A stretch of 64,000 nucleotides of DNA, from positions 186,001 to 250,000 of the forward strand of contig CAUYUJ010000336.1 of NCBI GenBank assembly GCA_963575745.1, read 5' to 3'. How positions within the stretch are numbered: position 1 is the first letter of the stretch; every line of letters begins with the position of its first letter. Positions 63,661 to 64,000 of the stretch are shown in pieces. The DNA is from Prorocentrum cordatum. Taxonomy: Eukaryota. The notes beneath the pieces were generated by a model. That model made no database searches, had not been told where the DNA came from, and was given only the letters and a program-made list of their open reading frames with translations. Both the position numbers and the translations under genes were made by a program.

Positions 63661-64000
63661 CTTCAGGCGAGAGAGGGGTGTAAATATTCATAGAGAAAAA
63701 GAGAGAAAGAGGGAGAGAGAGAGAGAGAGAGAGCGAGAGAGGGAGAGAGTGAGGGGAGAGAGAGAGAGAGAGAGAGAGCAAACGACAGAGAGAGAGAGGG
63801 GTGAATGGACCGAGGGAGCGTTGTGAGTATCCACATTGCTCGCCAGTCGTATTATCGCACGGTCCCCAAAGGGCTACATGAAGGAGAACTTGATCTCTGG
63901 TCAGATGGGTCATAATCCTTCTCCTAGCAGGTTCTGCTCTAGCTATTGAGTGTTTCCCCTGTTGCATTCACGAGGCTGGGGCGCACGGGGCGGCGACCTC

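Overview
Repeat-rich eukaryotic genomic DNA, almost certainly from a dinoflagellate. It carries the 22-nt dinoflagellate spliced leader (SL, DCCGTAGCCATTTTGGCTCAAG); high GC, the satellite families and a GDPH-domain gene suggest a Prorocentrum-like genome (inference). Most of the window is microsatellite (GGA, GAT, TA) and satellite-like repeats plus decayed retroelements. These are three non-LTR (LINE) elements on the minus strand, one full-length Copia-type LTR element (146-bp LTRs, 5-bp TSD, PBS) with a cytosine-methyltransferase-like segment, and a DIRS-like remnant. One plausible host gene is present (signal peptide, discoidin-like domain, GDPH/VWD-like domain). The main finding is that all three LINEs, with dissimilar sequences, begin at their 5' end with the spliced leader. 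The first has a perfect 22-mer inside a 14-bp target-site duplication with an A-rich tail at the other end, the second has a 2-mismatch copy, and the third has an SL followed by a tandem relic SL. This points to retrotransposons mobilised as SL trans-spliced mRNAs, possibly without their own promoter. Most short ORFs in the supplied track are artefacts of GC-rich or repetitive DNA.
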